Positions 1 through 12,929 of a stretch of 64,000 nt of DNA are shown piece by piece (within the stretch, counting starts at the first letter, position 1; each line of letters starts with the position of its first letter). The DNA is from Octopus vulgaris (lineage: Eukaryota): the NCBI GenBank assembly GCA_951406725.2, contig OX597832.1, positions 60,450,001 through 60,514,000 on the forward strand, given 5' to 3'. The translations under genes and the position numbers were made by a program. The notes beneath the pieces were generated by a model. That model was not told the origin of the DNA and did no database searches. It saw nothing but the letters and a program-made list of their open reading frames with translations.

Positions 1-314
1 CTGTGCAAATGTACATGTGTGTGTGTGTGTGTGTGTGAGGGAGGGAGAGAGTAATTGAACTTGACAGGCAGGGGTATGCATGTATGTGTTTGTGTGTATA
101 AATTCAAATAGCATAAGAAATAAGTACAACCCACCAGCACTACCATCATCATCATCAATATCACCAACACCTCCTTCATCATAATCATCATCATCATCAC
201 TACCACCATCATCATCATCATCATGGTGGATTGAATGAGAAAAAAAATGTCAGGGCTTTAATATTTATTTTTTCTCCTAATTTTTTTTTTCAAGTTTTGT
301 TTGGGGTGTTGGAG

Positions 315-389
<75 letters not shown>

Positions 390-1152
390 TCACACACACA
401 TACACATATTTTGTTCAGTTTTTTTTTTCTTTCTTTTTTAACTTCATCTTCTTTTTTCATCATCTTCTATCAGTTCCTTTAAATGATTGGCCGGATAAAA
501 AGATATCATTATCATCATCATTAATACGAATTGTTGCCGTTGTTGTTCTTGTAGTAGTAGTAGTAGTAGTAGTAGTAGTAATAGTAGTTGCTGTAGTAGC
601 AGTAGTAGTAGTAGTAGTAGGCTATGTTGTAGTACTCATCCCACCCGCCCCACCCTGTCAGTCATGTAAGACTATTATTAGTACTACTATTACTACTACT
701 ACTACTACTAACTTCTATTACTGCTACTACTGCAACTATTAGTACTGCTACATTGATTGAGCCTATTTCTTTTTTTCTTTTTTTTTTTCTTAATCCCCAT
801 TTCACATAGACAGACATGTAGATAGATAAATTGATAGATACTTAGATAGATAGACAGATAGAAAGATAGAGAATGAGAAAGTAAGAGAGTCTAGAATGAT
901 CAGTGTAGGCTCCCCACTAAAAATAATAATAATAATAGTAATAATAATAATAATAATCTTGTAGTGATGCAATAAAACAAAGACGACAATAACAACAACA
1001 CTGTCCACCGAAGTAATAACAGTAAGAGTAGTAGTAGTAGTAGTTGTAGTTGTAATAGTGGTTGTAGATGTAGTTGTAATAGAAGTAGTAGAAAGTTGCT
1101 GTAGTAGTAGTAGTAGTAGTAGTAGGTCGGCTGCTGCTGCTGCTGCTGCTTC
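1..1152 (-). other. putative mbnl 3' UTR built largely of simple repeats (AGC, CUA, UUA, UAG, AUG, UA)
   Basis: Follows the stop codon; one AATAAA at 264-269; the true end cannot be determined. Confidence 0.6.
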
Positions 1153-1289
1153 TCAAGTGGTCAAGTTGGGAGCAGCAAGGGCTGATAATATAACAGGGAT
1201 GTGATAGTATTTGCACAGGTGTCTTCGGCACTTCCCCTTAACTGAATCACGGCACACAGTCACCTTGCCCTCCGTCACTTCAACATAAT
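1153..1289 (-). CDS. mbnl: mbnl last coding exon: DYVEVTEGKVTVCRDSVKGKCRRHLCKYYHIPVILSALAAPNLTT*
   Basis: Acceptor ttttttcactttcag, phase 1 matches the donor at 4546; Muscleblind-type linker V...G.VTVC and a second C-x7-C-x4-C-x3-H finger; TGA at 1155-1153. Confidence 0.95.
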
Positions 1290-1667
1290 CTGAAAGTGAA
1301 AAAAAAAAAACGAAAAATAGAAAAAGAAGATAAAAATAAAAATTAATGAAAATAAAGGTAATAAAAACAATGAAGAATTATCATCATTGTCATTTTAATG
1401 TCTGCTTTTCCATGCTCACCTAGTTTGGATGGAATTTGCTGCGGCAAATTTTCCACAACCAGATGACCTTCCTGTTGCCAACCCTCACCTTGTTTCCAAG
1501 TAAGGTAATATTTCCTCATGACCAGATATGTCGTGGTGTGCAGGAAACAAAGAACACTATTTGTGTAATCTTCTGGCTTACAACTGTCATACATTGTCAA
1601 AGCAAAGAGACAAGCATGCATGCATGCACACATGTATGTACACGACAGGCTTCTTTCAGTTTACACA

Positions 1668-1993
1668 AGTGATTCCCAACTGGGGCCCTTTTAAGAATTG
1701 TGGGGTCCATGCAATAAAATAGTAAATTGGGGATCCACATTAGTATTTTAAGAACCCCTAAAAAATTTTCCTTTAGATATATGTATTAGTCTGTATTGCA
1801 AGAAACAACTGGGTTTCTTTCTCTAACATTTTACATAGTTCAACCTACACAAGTTAATGTGTGAAATACAAAATAAAAATTTTGAAAGAATTTTCTATTA
1901 AACTAGTTTTTAAACATTGAATAACTATGGGGGTTTCACCAGAATAAAATAGTAATCAAAGGGGTCCATAGGTAAAAAATGCTTGAGAGCCCT
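1668..1993. mobile_element. decayed hAT-like MITE
   Basis: Ends agtgattcccaac / gcttgagagccct resemble hAT TIRs; repeated subterminal ggggtcca motifs. Confidence 0.55.
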
Positions 1994-2337
1994 TTGGTTT
2001 ATACCTACCAAACCTACTCACAAAGCTTTGATTAGCCCAGGGCTATAACAGAAGAGAATTGGCCGAAGTAACACATGGTGGGACTGAACCCTGAACCATG
2101 TGCTTAGGGAGTAAACTTCTAACCACACAGCTACACTTGCTAACAATCTATAATGCACCTGAGCATGTTGCTTGTGATTTTTAGTACTGATTGTTATTTG
2201 CACATACAAAAAAAAAAAGAAAAAATGCAGCGAGTTAATTTGGCATGATTGGGTGGGAAAGAAATTTGAAGTTTCATATATTAGTCCTTCTTTGAAAGAG
2301 ATATGTGTGTGTGTAAATGCACAGGCCACATGTCATA

Positions 2338-2692
2338 GGTGCAGGCATAACTGTGAAGTCTGCTTTACAATTTGGGACAGTTTTGGGTTCAATACAATTG
2401 TGTGGCACCTTGGGTTGACCAGCGTCTTATGAATAAAATTTGCTGTGTGGAAGCATATCATGTATATGTCTTTGTGTAGCTTCACATCGAACTGATACTA
2501 CTTGGGCAGCAGTGGTGATGCTAGTGTCTCCAGTAAACAAAATCCAGACAGCTTGGCAAGTGGAAAGCACTGGGATAAAATACTCTACTTGAAAACAAGA
2601 AGGGTGTCTAGCTGTAGAATAATACTGCTGCAACAAATCTCGTCCAACTCATGCCAGCATGGAAAAGCAGACATGAAAACAATGATGATGAT
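2338..2692 (+). mobile_element. SINE-like repeat ending catgccagcatggaaa...(ATG)n; further copies at 1375-1500 (-), 10570-10710, 33820-33995, 49440-49580 (-) and 56010-56185
   Basis: Recurrent 3' tail motif in at least six places in the window. Confidence 0.7.
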
Positions 2693-3156
2693 CTTAATAT
2701 GCTGGATGTTGCTAAAAAGTATTTGAAGATCGACAAATGCCAGAAAAGTTAGATTTTTTTACTTTTATAAAAAAAGAATTCATTGTATTTTATTTTTTAT
2801 CTACAAACTTTTTTAAGTATAAATAACCATTGATTAAGCTTAACCATAAATAATTATTGAGGTATGTGTGTCTGTGGCCAAGGAAATATGTATGTTATTA
2901 CAGTTAATTTAGAAATACAAGTGTATAGTTCAAATCCTGTCAGGCATCTTGTGTACTTCTAGAAACAAGAGAGCTGACATCACAACAGGATATCAGAGAA
3001 ACATGCTATGAAGATGTAAATATTTAAAAAGATCTTTTAACTGTAAAGGTTTGCTTAGATGTCAAAAATATTAGTGTCATTAACAAAAAGTCTGATATGC
3101 ACACACAATGTGTGAGCATGTGTATACACACACACACACATATATTTCCAAATAAG

Positions 3157-3200
<44 letters not shown>

Positions 3201-3976
3201 GCGACACCAGTGCCTGAATAGACACTGAGATTTATATATATCATTGACAGGAGATTTGACTTATCATGCTGCTGGACATCTGTCACTGAGAACTATGTGT
3301 GCTATTATAGACTGAGCAATACGGATCATATGTTTGCATGGAGTCTAAATCCATACAGCAGCAGAGAGAATTGCTCGATGGTTGAACAAGCTGGAGAAAA
3401 AAAAAGCAGTCAAATCTATCCCAAAAACATATTCTGTCATCCTAAAAGAAGATATTATAGTTCCAGAAACACAAAGACTGGATGGTTATGGCTGGAACAC
3501 TTTCGATTAATAATAGGTCTGCACAGAGTCCGAAATGACACAATGGAGACAACAATGGGCATCAACAAGGTCAGTGACAAAATAAGATGCAGAGGCGGGA
3601 ACGCAGACAAGATTGAGAAAGTGACTGTCTGGTGGCACTAAAATGTAAGCCTCAGGGGGAAATAGCAGCAGGGTGCCTTAAAACCACATGGTAAAGGATC
3701 ATTGACAAGGAGGTCAGAACAGCAGCAGAAACAGAGGTGGCAGAAACGTTAGCATGCCAGGCAAAATGCTTAGTGGTATTTCATCTGTCTTTATGTTCTA
3801 AGTTCAACAGAAACATCTCCGTATTCAAGTTAAATTTTGCATTTGCTTATGATGAGGAATTTACAGAAGTGCAGTGGACAAAATGCGTTGCAGTATTTGT
3901 ATTTATTCTTACATTCTGAGTTCAGATCCCATTGAAGGTTCCCTGTCCCATACATTTCTGGTCTTGTGCAATTATA

Positions 3977-4300
3977 GTGGAGATGCAATGGCCCAGTGGT
4001 TAGGGCAGCAGACTTGCAGTCATAGGATCACAGTTTCGATTCCCAGACCGGGCGTTGTGAGTGCTTATTGAGTGAAAACACAAAGCTCTATGAGGCTCTG
4101 GCAAGGGGTGGTGGCGAACCCTGCTGTACTCTTTCACCACAACTTTCTCTTACTCTTTCTTCCTGTTTCTGTTGTACCTGTATTTCAAAGGGATAGCTGA
4201 ATCTCCCCACGAATTACGTTAAGGGTACATGTGTGTCTGTGGAGTGCTAAGCACCTTGCACATTAATTTCATGAGCAGGCTGTTCCGTTGATCAGATCAA
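3977..4300 (+). mobile_element. tRNA-derived SINE
   Basis: Pol III A box tggcccagtgg and B box gtttcgattcc in a tRNA-like head followed by a non-tRNA body; body fragment also near 30360-30410. Confidence 0.75.
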
Positions 4301-4545
4301 CAAAGTGCTGTAGTGTGCAATCATAATTGTCATCAAAAATAATTAACTATAAATTGTCATCTAAAATAATTAACAACAAACAAAATGAGGATAGATATTT
4401 GTCAAATGTAAATAATGTACATAACTCATCTCTTAAATATAGAACTGTATATCAAAAATAATGTAGAGAGAAAGATGAATAGAGTTGTAGATAGATAAAT
4501 AGAAAGTGATGAGTGAAGGCAAATACAAGTGAAAGAAAAACTTAC

Positions 4546-4630
4546 CCTCCATTAGATGCACAAACTTACATTGTGGCCTGTTACACTGGCTAGACTTAAA
4601 ATCGCGGCACAGTGGGAGGGTGTCCAGCAA
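4546..4630 (-). CDS. mbnl: mbnl CCCH zinc-finger exon, 85 nt, phase 0/1: LLDTLPLCRDFKSSQCNRPQCKFVHLME
   Basis: Acceptor cctttctcttccag, donor GAGG|gtaagt; C-x7-C-x4-C-x3-H pattern. Confidence 0.95.
4596..4630 (-). CDS. mbnl: alternative reading frame of the same exon when 16072-16184 is skipped: FAGHPPTVPRF*
   Basis: T|TT GCT GGA CAC CCT CCC ACT GTG CCG CGA TTT TAA; matches the insect Mbl C-terminus FTGHPPGVPRF as I recall it. Confidence 0.75.
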
Positions 4631-6496
4631 CTGGAAGAGAAAGGATAAACATAAGAAATGTATTCTTTGAGTCGGAACATTATTTCATTTGAGAGAGAGC
4701 AAAAAGAGAGACAAGTGAGAGAAAGACAAAAAGATTGATTAAGAGAGGAAAAGAAAAGGTGGAGTAAGAAAGTGACAGTTGTAGAGAAAGAGAGAGGGGG
4801 AGAGAGAAAGAATAAACAGGTTTGAAAGAGGGAGACAGAGAGAGATACACATATGTAATAGAGAGCAAGAGATGGATGAGGACAAGTATATAAGAAATTC
4901 CTATAATAAGGAATCTTGTTAATTTTGCTAATTACAAAATGAACTAAACAAGAATATGTTAATACACACAGCATCCCATACACACACATAAAAGATACAT
5001 GCATACCCATTTAATTTGGTGTGGTGTGTGTATAAAACAAAAAGAAAATTCATTTTAAAAAATTGCAAACATATACAACCTCACCAAAATATTTATAAAC
5101 AAACAAAAATACAATCAATCTATCAAATAAATATATACAGCAACTGCAACAGCAATATGTGGTTGCTAGTGAAGTAGCATGATCAAAATGAAGTAGCCAC
5201 ATGTTAACATCAAAGAAAATGTTTGGAGAAGAATTTAAAAAAAAGATAAATATGCTACATGAAGTATCTATGACAACAGAATTGTAACAACCAAATGCCT
5301 TCACATTCATCAGCCACCCCCACCATTATCCCCAAATGTTGCTAATTAAATAAAAACCCATTAGCAACAAAGCAGCCAATTTGGTAATAAAGTATAGACC
5401 AGACAAGATATGTTCTATGTAATGTTGCTGATAGAACCTAGACAACTGAGTGCCCTCTCCGTGTAGATGTTGCTAATTAAAGAGGAACTTGTTAGTAATG
5501 AAGAGGCAAACTCAATTAAAATGTAATTAACTTGACTATGTTATTACATGAAGACTGATTGATCTGTAGAGTTGGTAGCAATGAGGTTTTAACCAAATTA
5601 GTTAAACATGTTAACTAAGAAGATGGAGGTAACTAAATATTAAGATTTGAATAACAGATAAGCATACAGCAAAAACAGTAGGCTCAGCATTAGTAATGTG
5701 TTGCTAACAGGTTAATAGATGTGTGTCAAGTGGACAGAAACCAAAGGTGTTGACAATTAAATAGCAACACACAACAGAATGATACAAAGTAATGTTGAAC
5801 AATGAAATCAACTAAATGGCAACATGTCAGCAATGATTTAGCAACGACTTCATTGCAAAAAAAAAAAAAATCCAATGCATTAAAAAATAGATAGCAACAC
5901 ATTGCTATGCCACTGGTAGATATACAAATAGTGATGTGTTAATAATGGGATAGCAACATTTTGGGAAAAATGGATAGATATATCAAAAGGAAAAAACACA
6001 TACACACAAATACGGAATATGGAACCGCAAACAAGAATATAAATAGTGTGTATGTATGTGTAGGAGTCTGAAGGTATTAGTATGTTATGTGGATGCCACT
6101 GGAGGTTTTATTGTGCTAATGTGTGCATGCTACCACACATGATGCACATATGCACAATGGTAACAGTTGTTTTCAAGAATGACAATAAAAGACAAAACCA
6201 TAAAAAGAAAAAGAACATTGAGTGATAAAAGTAAAACCTAGACGAAATATTTAGTCCCCACGCCACCCCATCAACCTAACAAATGAACAAACTGTGCATG
6301 TTCATAACCTCAGGAATATTAGTGCATATACCAACATAGATGCATGAATACATCACATTTTGTAAGAATAAATACTTAAGCCATACATACATACACATAT
6401 ATATGTATATATATGCATATATAGGGTAGCGAATATTCGTTATAAATATCACCACCAATGGTCTTACATGTATAAATAGTCAATAGACAACATATT

Positions 6497-6724
6497 CATA
6501 TTTTAAAATAGTGTACATTTAAACACAAAAGAAAATTACCCATTAACAGGTAATTTTCACATGCTAGAAATAACAGCCAACATGGCCAAAACCACGATTT
6601 AATAGCAGAAAACTGCTATTAAATTGTGGTTTTGGCCATGTTGGCTGTTATTTCTAGCATGTAAAAATTACCTGTTAAAGGGTAATTTTCTTTTGTGTTT
6701 AAATGTACACTATTTTAAAATATG
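6497..6724. repeat. near-perfect palindrome: 112-bp arms, 4-nt loop, 3 non-Watson-Crick positions
   Basis: 6497-6608 is the reverse complement of 6613-6724 except pairs 6542/6679, 6558/6663 and 6596/6625. Confidence 0.97.
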
Positions 6725-7095
6725 TGTGTATATATATATATATATACTAAATAACTTTACACATACATACGCTTACATTATCCGACAAGCTTCTTTCAGT
6801 TTCTATTCACTTATCTATACAAAACCACACACACATGCGTGCCTGGGTGCAGGAGATCCTGAGTCCTTCTTATCAAACTTATGTGTCATCATAGGATCCA
6901 ATACCTTATAGTATATTTCTTTCTCGTTTTCTCCACATTTTTCTTTTCTCTCTCTCCCTCTCTCAGTATTAGTCATTTATTAATTTCCTAAATCTTCTGA
7001 AAGACACCTTACACAAGTGACATTTGTTATTGGTGTCAAAGTCTGAAACAAGGCCAGCTACATTTGTAATTAATTAATATTAAAAACATCGATAA

Positions 7096-7310
7096 GGCGG
7101 TGAGAGCAGGCAGAACCATTAACATGCTGGGCAAAATGTTTAGTGGCATCTCGTCCATCATTACATTCTGCAATCAAGTTCTGCCATGGTAGACTTTGCC
7201 TTCCATCTTATCAGAATTGATAAAATAAGTAGCCGTTGAACACTGGGTCGATGTAATCAGCTTACACTCACCCTCGGAATCGATGGCCTTGTGCCAAAAT
7301 TTGAAACCAG
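7096..7310 (+). mobile_element. SINE-like repeat (ggcggtgag..ggcagaa...gtgccaaaatttgaaac family)
   Basis: Multiple copies in the window: 3735-3850 (+), 12570-12756, 26565-26765, 26795-26970 and 37553-37759 (-). Confidence 0.75.
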
Positions 7311-7319
7311 TATTAAAAC

Positions 7320-7543
7320 CAGGGCTGTGGAGTTGAAACAAAAAACTTCAACTCCGACTCCTCTACTATTGGCACCTCCGACTCCAATATGTAATCAAGT
7401 GATTGTGGTCTGTATACCCCATAAAGCATATGCATACACTTGTACTTTGAGTAGGCCTATATGTTATAACTGGTTTATATTAAAGAATAAAGACATTGTG
7501 AGTTGGAGTCAGTATAGTTTTACTGACTGACTCCACAGCCCTG
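7320..7543. mobile_element. hAT-type MITE
   Basis: 14-bp TIR cagggctgtggagt / actccacagccctg, subterminal (g)actcc motifs, 8-bp TSD attaaaac/attcaaac (7 of 8 match). Confidence 0.85.
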
Positions 7544-8287
7544 ATTCAAACCATCATTTGCAATTTCTGAGTATTGATCTCCAATGGGTGTATCCATATT
7601 TTGCTGCATCAGTTTTCTGTTTTGTCTAATATTAATATTTTATATCCTGGTTGTGTGGGTCATGTTTCATGAGTGGTTGCATAACACTCACTAAATGTTA
7701 TGACATTTTCTATTGAGAAATTTTTTATATTATGGTAAATGTTATACCTTTTGACAATAACAGAAAAAACTACCTACTTAGTTATGCATGTTTCTGCCTA
7801 TTCACACACACACATGTGTGTGTGTGTGTGTGAGTTACTTTCCAACCACATCATTTCATGTTCCATCCCACGACATGGTACTTTATTGCTGGGCCACAAG
7901 CAGTGGCATTATTGTCATTTCTCCCGGCTTTGTAATTTCAAGGATGTGTGGAATAAGATACCCCTTACTTTAAAAACAGCTAAGAGTTAACAATGGGAAG
8001 GGTATCTAGCGGTAAAAAAAGAATATCCCAATAACATCTTCATGCAATCCATGCTGGATTGAAAGAACTAGTGCAAGAACAAGGGATATATTTGCATACA
8101 CAAAATGTTCCCCCACACATTCCATTTACCAAATTCCACTCATAATGGTCAACCCAAGGGTATAGTAAAAGACAATTAGCTTAAGTTCCGTGCAGTAGGA
8201 TTAAGCCATGTTGTTGCCAGAAAAACTCAAAATTTCTCCTTCTCATCCTTCTACCTAAATATTGAATTTTTCTTCATATACTACAGG

Positions 8288-8505
8288 CCTTTAGTGTTTA
8301 AAATGGCTATAGCTGGTCCAAATAGTCTATCTGGTTTATGTTCATACCAGCCAGATCCAACCTTTTACACCTATCATACAATATCATTTTAAAAATAAGC
8401 AATCACATCATAAAAATCTCAAGTTACAAAGTTGTGTATGGTTAATTTTGTTTTTAATGCAAATAATTAAACATTACATTTGACAGTAATCTGAATGCTT
8501 AAGGG
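8288..8505 (-). mobile_element. piggyBac-like MITE family 1 copy, opposite orientation
   Basis: Reverse-complement similarity to 46916-47135; ends cctttag ... aagggttaa. Confidence 0.75.
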
Positions 8506-8522
8506 TTAATATCAATGACTAT

Positions 8523-8559
<37 letters not shown>

Positions 8560-9506
8560 CACATCTGAGTATAAACACATAGATATAAGTGTAGCTAGTC
8601 ACAATTATCTTTTCAAGAAAGAGCAGACTTCTTTAACTTGAATCTGAAGAAGATGGCATATACCAACTCAAACAATTCTCCAGACTTTACCAAACTAACA
8701 CAGCACTGAAAGAATGGCATTGTGATGGCATCGTATAAGAAGTAGAATGTTGAACAGAATTAGAGATAGAAGAAAAATTCAAGTAGTAATTTTTGACAAA
8801 TGAAATTGGCAGAGCCTCTTTGGTATAATCGGTAGCACAATTGCCCACCGAACAATAAATGCATGGTTGAGCATAAACACAAAGTGAAGGAGGAAACGTT
8901 TCCTATACATAGAATGAAAAACAGATTTTTAATACAAAGAAAAAATAATGTACAAATACGAAAACTAATGCCAGATTTAAATAATTTTCCCCTCCTTTCT
9001 TAGAGGATAGCAATAGCAAAGTGTGTGGGCTAGTGGGTGCGGATATTGGAAGTGGGGGACGGGCAATGTAAAAAGAAATAGAACCATTGTGAAATAACAT
9101 AGGATATGACTAGAGAAAGAGTTATTTTGCTGTTTCTTTCTTTATTTTATCCACATTCTCAAGTTCTATTTTTTATAAAATTGTTTGTTATATGAAGTTT
9201 TGTTTGCTTTTAATGGGTTAAGTGTGATTGATAATTAAAAATATGCGGAGAACTTTTTCAAGAAGAAATGCTGAAAGCTTGAACTTTTTGCAACGTGCAC
9301 AAGCCTGACTGTGTGGTATAGATGTAGGTTCAATCTGACAGTGAAGTAAGTATCTTCTTCCATAAATGTGGGTTGATAAATATTTTAGTACTTAAAACTT
9401 GCTAAACAGAAACCTTGTAGTAGCTTGTCACATGTGTGTGTGTGTGTGTTTGCATGTATGAAAAATTAATGCTGTGAAAACTAGATGTAAATTAATTTGT
9501 GCTATA

Positions 9507-10330
9507 CATGGTGTGATGAATAAATTGATGCCATTTTATATCTTTAATTTTGTGCATGTGCATTATTTCTGATTTTGTTGACTACAGAGTATAGTAGGGG
9601 CAGCTGGGCATTGCCTGTGAGAAAAACAGTATCATGATGCAATTCACTTTGCTAGAAATTTGGAGACGACATGCTCTATTGCTTGGCATTCACACCAAAA
9701 GCACCAATACAAACATTTCAGAGAGTTTGGGTGTCAATCTGAGGACATGTCCTGAGAGTGATAAAAATCAAACATCCAGCCAACATCATGGGGTTTGGAG
9801 TGATCACTAGTGATGGCGATGTTATGCCTCCATTCATCTTCCCACATGGCCTCAGATTCAACACGGAGGCCTACATCAAGAGCATGGAGGAGGTAGTGCT
9901 GCTGGAAGACCCTATGTTTGGCAACAGGACTCTGCACTATGCTACACAAGCAGGAGAACCCAGTCATAACTGTCAGACAATTTCTGCAACTACATCACCC
10001 CTAACATCTAGCCATCTAATTCCCCTGACTGCAACCCCCTTGATTATTGTGTGGGGTGCAGTTGAGCAAGACACCAACAAAATTCCTTGTAACACCAAAA
10101 GATGAACTGAAGGCAGCATTCACAAACTTAAACAAAGAGACCGTCCATAGAAATTCAGAAGTTGTCTGGTGATTATAGTTGAAGCCAATGACGATTTTAC
10201 CGAATAAATTTACTCTTTAGTATTTCAAGATACTTTTATGTAATTTTGGTAAATATATATGTTAAAATGAGGTGCGAGTGTTATTTTTATTGTTGCGTAA
10301 TTTGGATGATAGTTTATTCACTGCACCCTG
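9507..10330 (+). mobile_element. internally deleted, decayed Tc1/mariner DNA transposon (probably DD37D/maT-like)
   Basis: Frameshifted transposase fragments KHPANIMGFGVITSDGDVMPPFIFPHGLRFNTEAYI, RPYVWQQDSA and PSNSPDCNPL; imperfect TIRs catggtgtgatgaataaa / tttattcactgcaccctg with TA on the left. Confidence 0.85.
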
Positions 10331-10530
10331 TGTGTATATATATATATACATATATATACATACACACACAAACACATATATATTCTCTCTCTGTTTATTT
10401 TGTGTTCTTTTCTGTTGAAGAGCGTAGACATGAAATGTAAAAGACTTTCACACCTTCCCAAGCGTTAAACTAATAAACTAATACGCCTGTTTGTTGTTTA
10501 TACACCTGTCTTTGTCTTTCTGTAAATTTC

Positions 10531-10566
<36 letters not shown>

Positions 10567-11249
10567 CAACATCACTAGTGCTAGTGGCACAAAAAGGTAC
10601 CTAGTACACTCTATAAAGTGGTTGGTGTTAGGAAGAGTACGCTCTGCAGCTTGTCAAACTGCCCAACCCATGCCAGCATGGAAAGCAGATTTAAATGATG
10701 ATGCTGCTGATATGTGCGTGTATGTGCTTCAGTCAAACAAAGCAAAGTCATGATCCTTTTCAGGCCTCCAAGACAAAAGATAAAAAGTCATTCTCAGCTG
10801 AGAGACCTGATCTGAATATTTTCTACAAAATGTAATTCTGAAAAGGCGCCCAAGGGCCAAGTGGTGATGTTCAACTGGACAATTGATTAATCCTTAAAAG
10901 AAAAAGAAATGCTTATTTATTTTTAAATGGGACGGGGGTAGGGGTAGGGGTTGGGTTGGACTAACTGAAGGTGAACTTAGCCACTTCAATAAGCAGAGAT
11001 CAATGAAACAAGCAGCAGACTAAGGACCAGACCAGACTGCCAGAACCAGTGTCAAATAATTGATAAAACCCCTTGAAAATTGTAGTCCAGCAAGACCACA
11101 AGAATATAAAGGCTGCAACCAAAACTGAGTCATTAGTTACATAGATCTCCTTTGTCACAAACAACTGTGCATCCAGACATTTATTTATCTGTCTATTCAA
11201 CCATCTTTTCCAATTGTCTGCCTACCAGTGCATCTCTTTTCCTCAATCG

Positions 11250-11311
<62 letters not shown>

Positions 11312-12455
11312 AATATATAAATATCTATCACTTCCTCTCCATCTATCTATCTCTCCCTCTCTATCTATTTAACCATCTATCTGTCAGGCTTGAATAAATG
11401 GAGAGCTGCCCCCTAGAAGGAAAAATGCCCCTACCCATCCCTGTAAATACTCCTCATCAATTTTTTTTTTTTTACTTTTGCATCTTACACTCCACCCTAG
11501 TAACCCCCTCTCTCCCATGGAAGGTCCTCATCCAGCTGTCTCTTGTCTAATCAATCCATCTTCTCTCTGTCTAGTAAATTGATAAAGGAGACAACCCAGC
11601 ACAAGTCACTGATCTGAGACACTATAAAATGCCACCTACCCCCTATTGCGCACCAGAGAAAAATAAACAAATAAATCAACCACCCTGTTCACTCATTGCT
11701 CATATGTAACCCAAGACCAGATGGCTCCTCCACCCACCTGGCCACCTCTTCTATGTCACATCCCATCGCACCTCACACTTCTGCTCTAAGCACATTACTT
11801 TCTCTGCTTCCCACTTCTTTGCTACCATTCCTAATTAATAGATTTTGCTGTCACTATCACCACGAGACACTACACACACACACACACACACACAAGGTTC
11901 TTCTCTGCCATACACTCATCTGCTTAGCCACCATATTCCCACACCACATCTCCTCAGCTTCACCATCCATCATCTCTCTCTCTCTCTACCTGCCTCCTAC
12001 CCCTCTCTCAAATGCAGTCTAATAACAATAGAAGGAATAAGAGAAGCCACTGCAGTTAGAGTGGCGATGGGGTAGGATACACCAGAGAAGCCAAGTAAAA
12101 AATATGTGAGAGAAAAAAAAACATGTCAGACATTTTGTTGGCAGAAAGGACTCTTGGGTGGTTGAACGGGTGGAATATATCAATCAGGGTGGAAGAGCAC
12201 AAGTAAAAAAAAAAAAGAGTTAAATTCTCTCTCTCTCCACACACACACACACATGTATATGGCTTGATAAGTGTATTGTGTAATTATTACATGAGACAAC
12301 ACAGTCTGTCACCAATGACAATTGTATTCTAACAGATTATTGTATTACATAAATTTGTGTACATATGTACGTGTGTATAAATATATAATGTCTGTATCTA
12401 CAGACATACACACACACACGTGTGTGTATGTGTATGTAGGATTGTAAAATAAGTG

Positions 12456-12499
<44 letters not shown>

Positions 12500-12929
12500 T
12501 ATGTGTGTATATATATATAAAATTCTGCTAATCCACCACCCATAATGATTTTTTTCTCCTATAGACACAAAGTCTGAAACTTTTGGGATGAGACGGGTGG
12601 GGGCTACTTGATTACATCGACCCAATACTTAACTGGTACGTGGCTTCATCAACCCTGAAAGGATGGGAGGCAAAGTCGACCATGGTGGAATTTGAACCGA
12701 GAACAAAGTCAGATAAAATGCTAAGCATGCTAACAATTTTGCTAGGTTGCTACCTTAACCATTCTTAATGATAATTGCTTCTAGTATCCTAATAATAACC
12801 ACCACCATATTTAGAGGTTCACATCCCCAGTAATTTTTCTTAACACTATGTACTTGAATACTTATAGTACTTACAACTATATTCCATGTATAAATTTAGT
12901 AAACATTTAACTAAATAATAATAACGTTA

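Noticed and set aside
3977-4055. tRNA gene
   Set aside because: A and B boxes are present but the stems are degraded and it continues into a repeat body; it is a SINE head.
9758-10105. Intact transposase gene
   Set aside because: Frameshifted and internally deleted; a non-autonomous remnant only.
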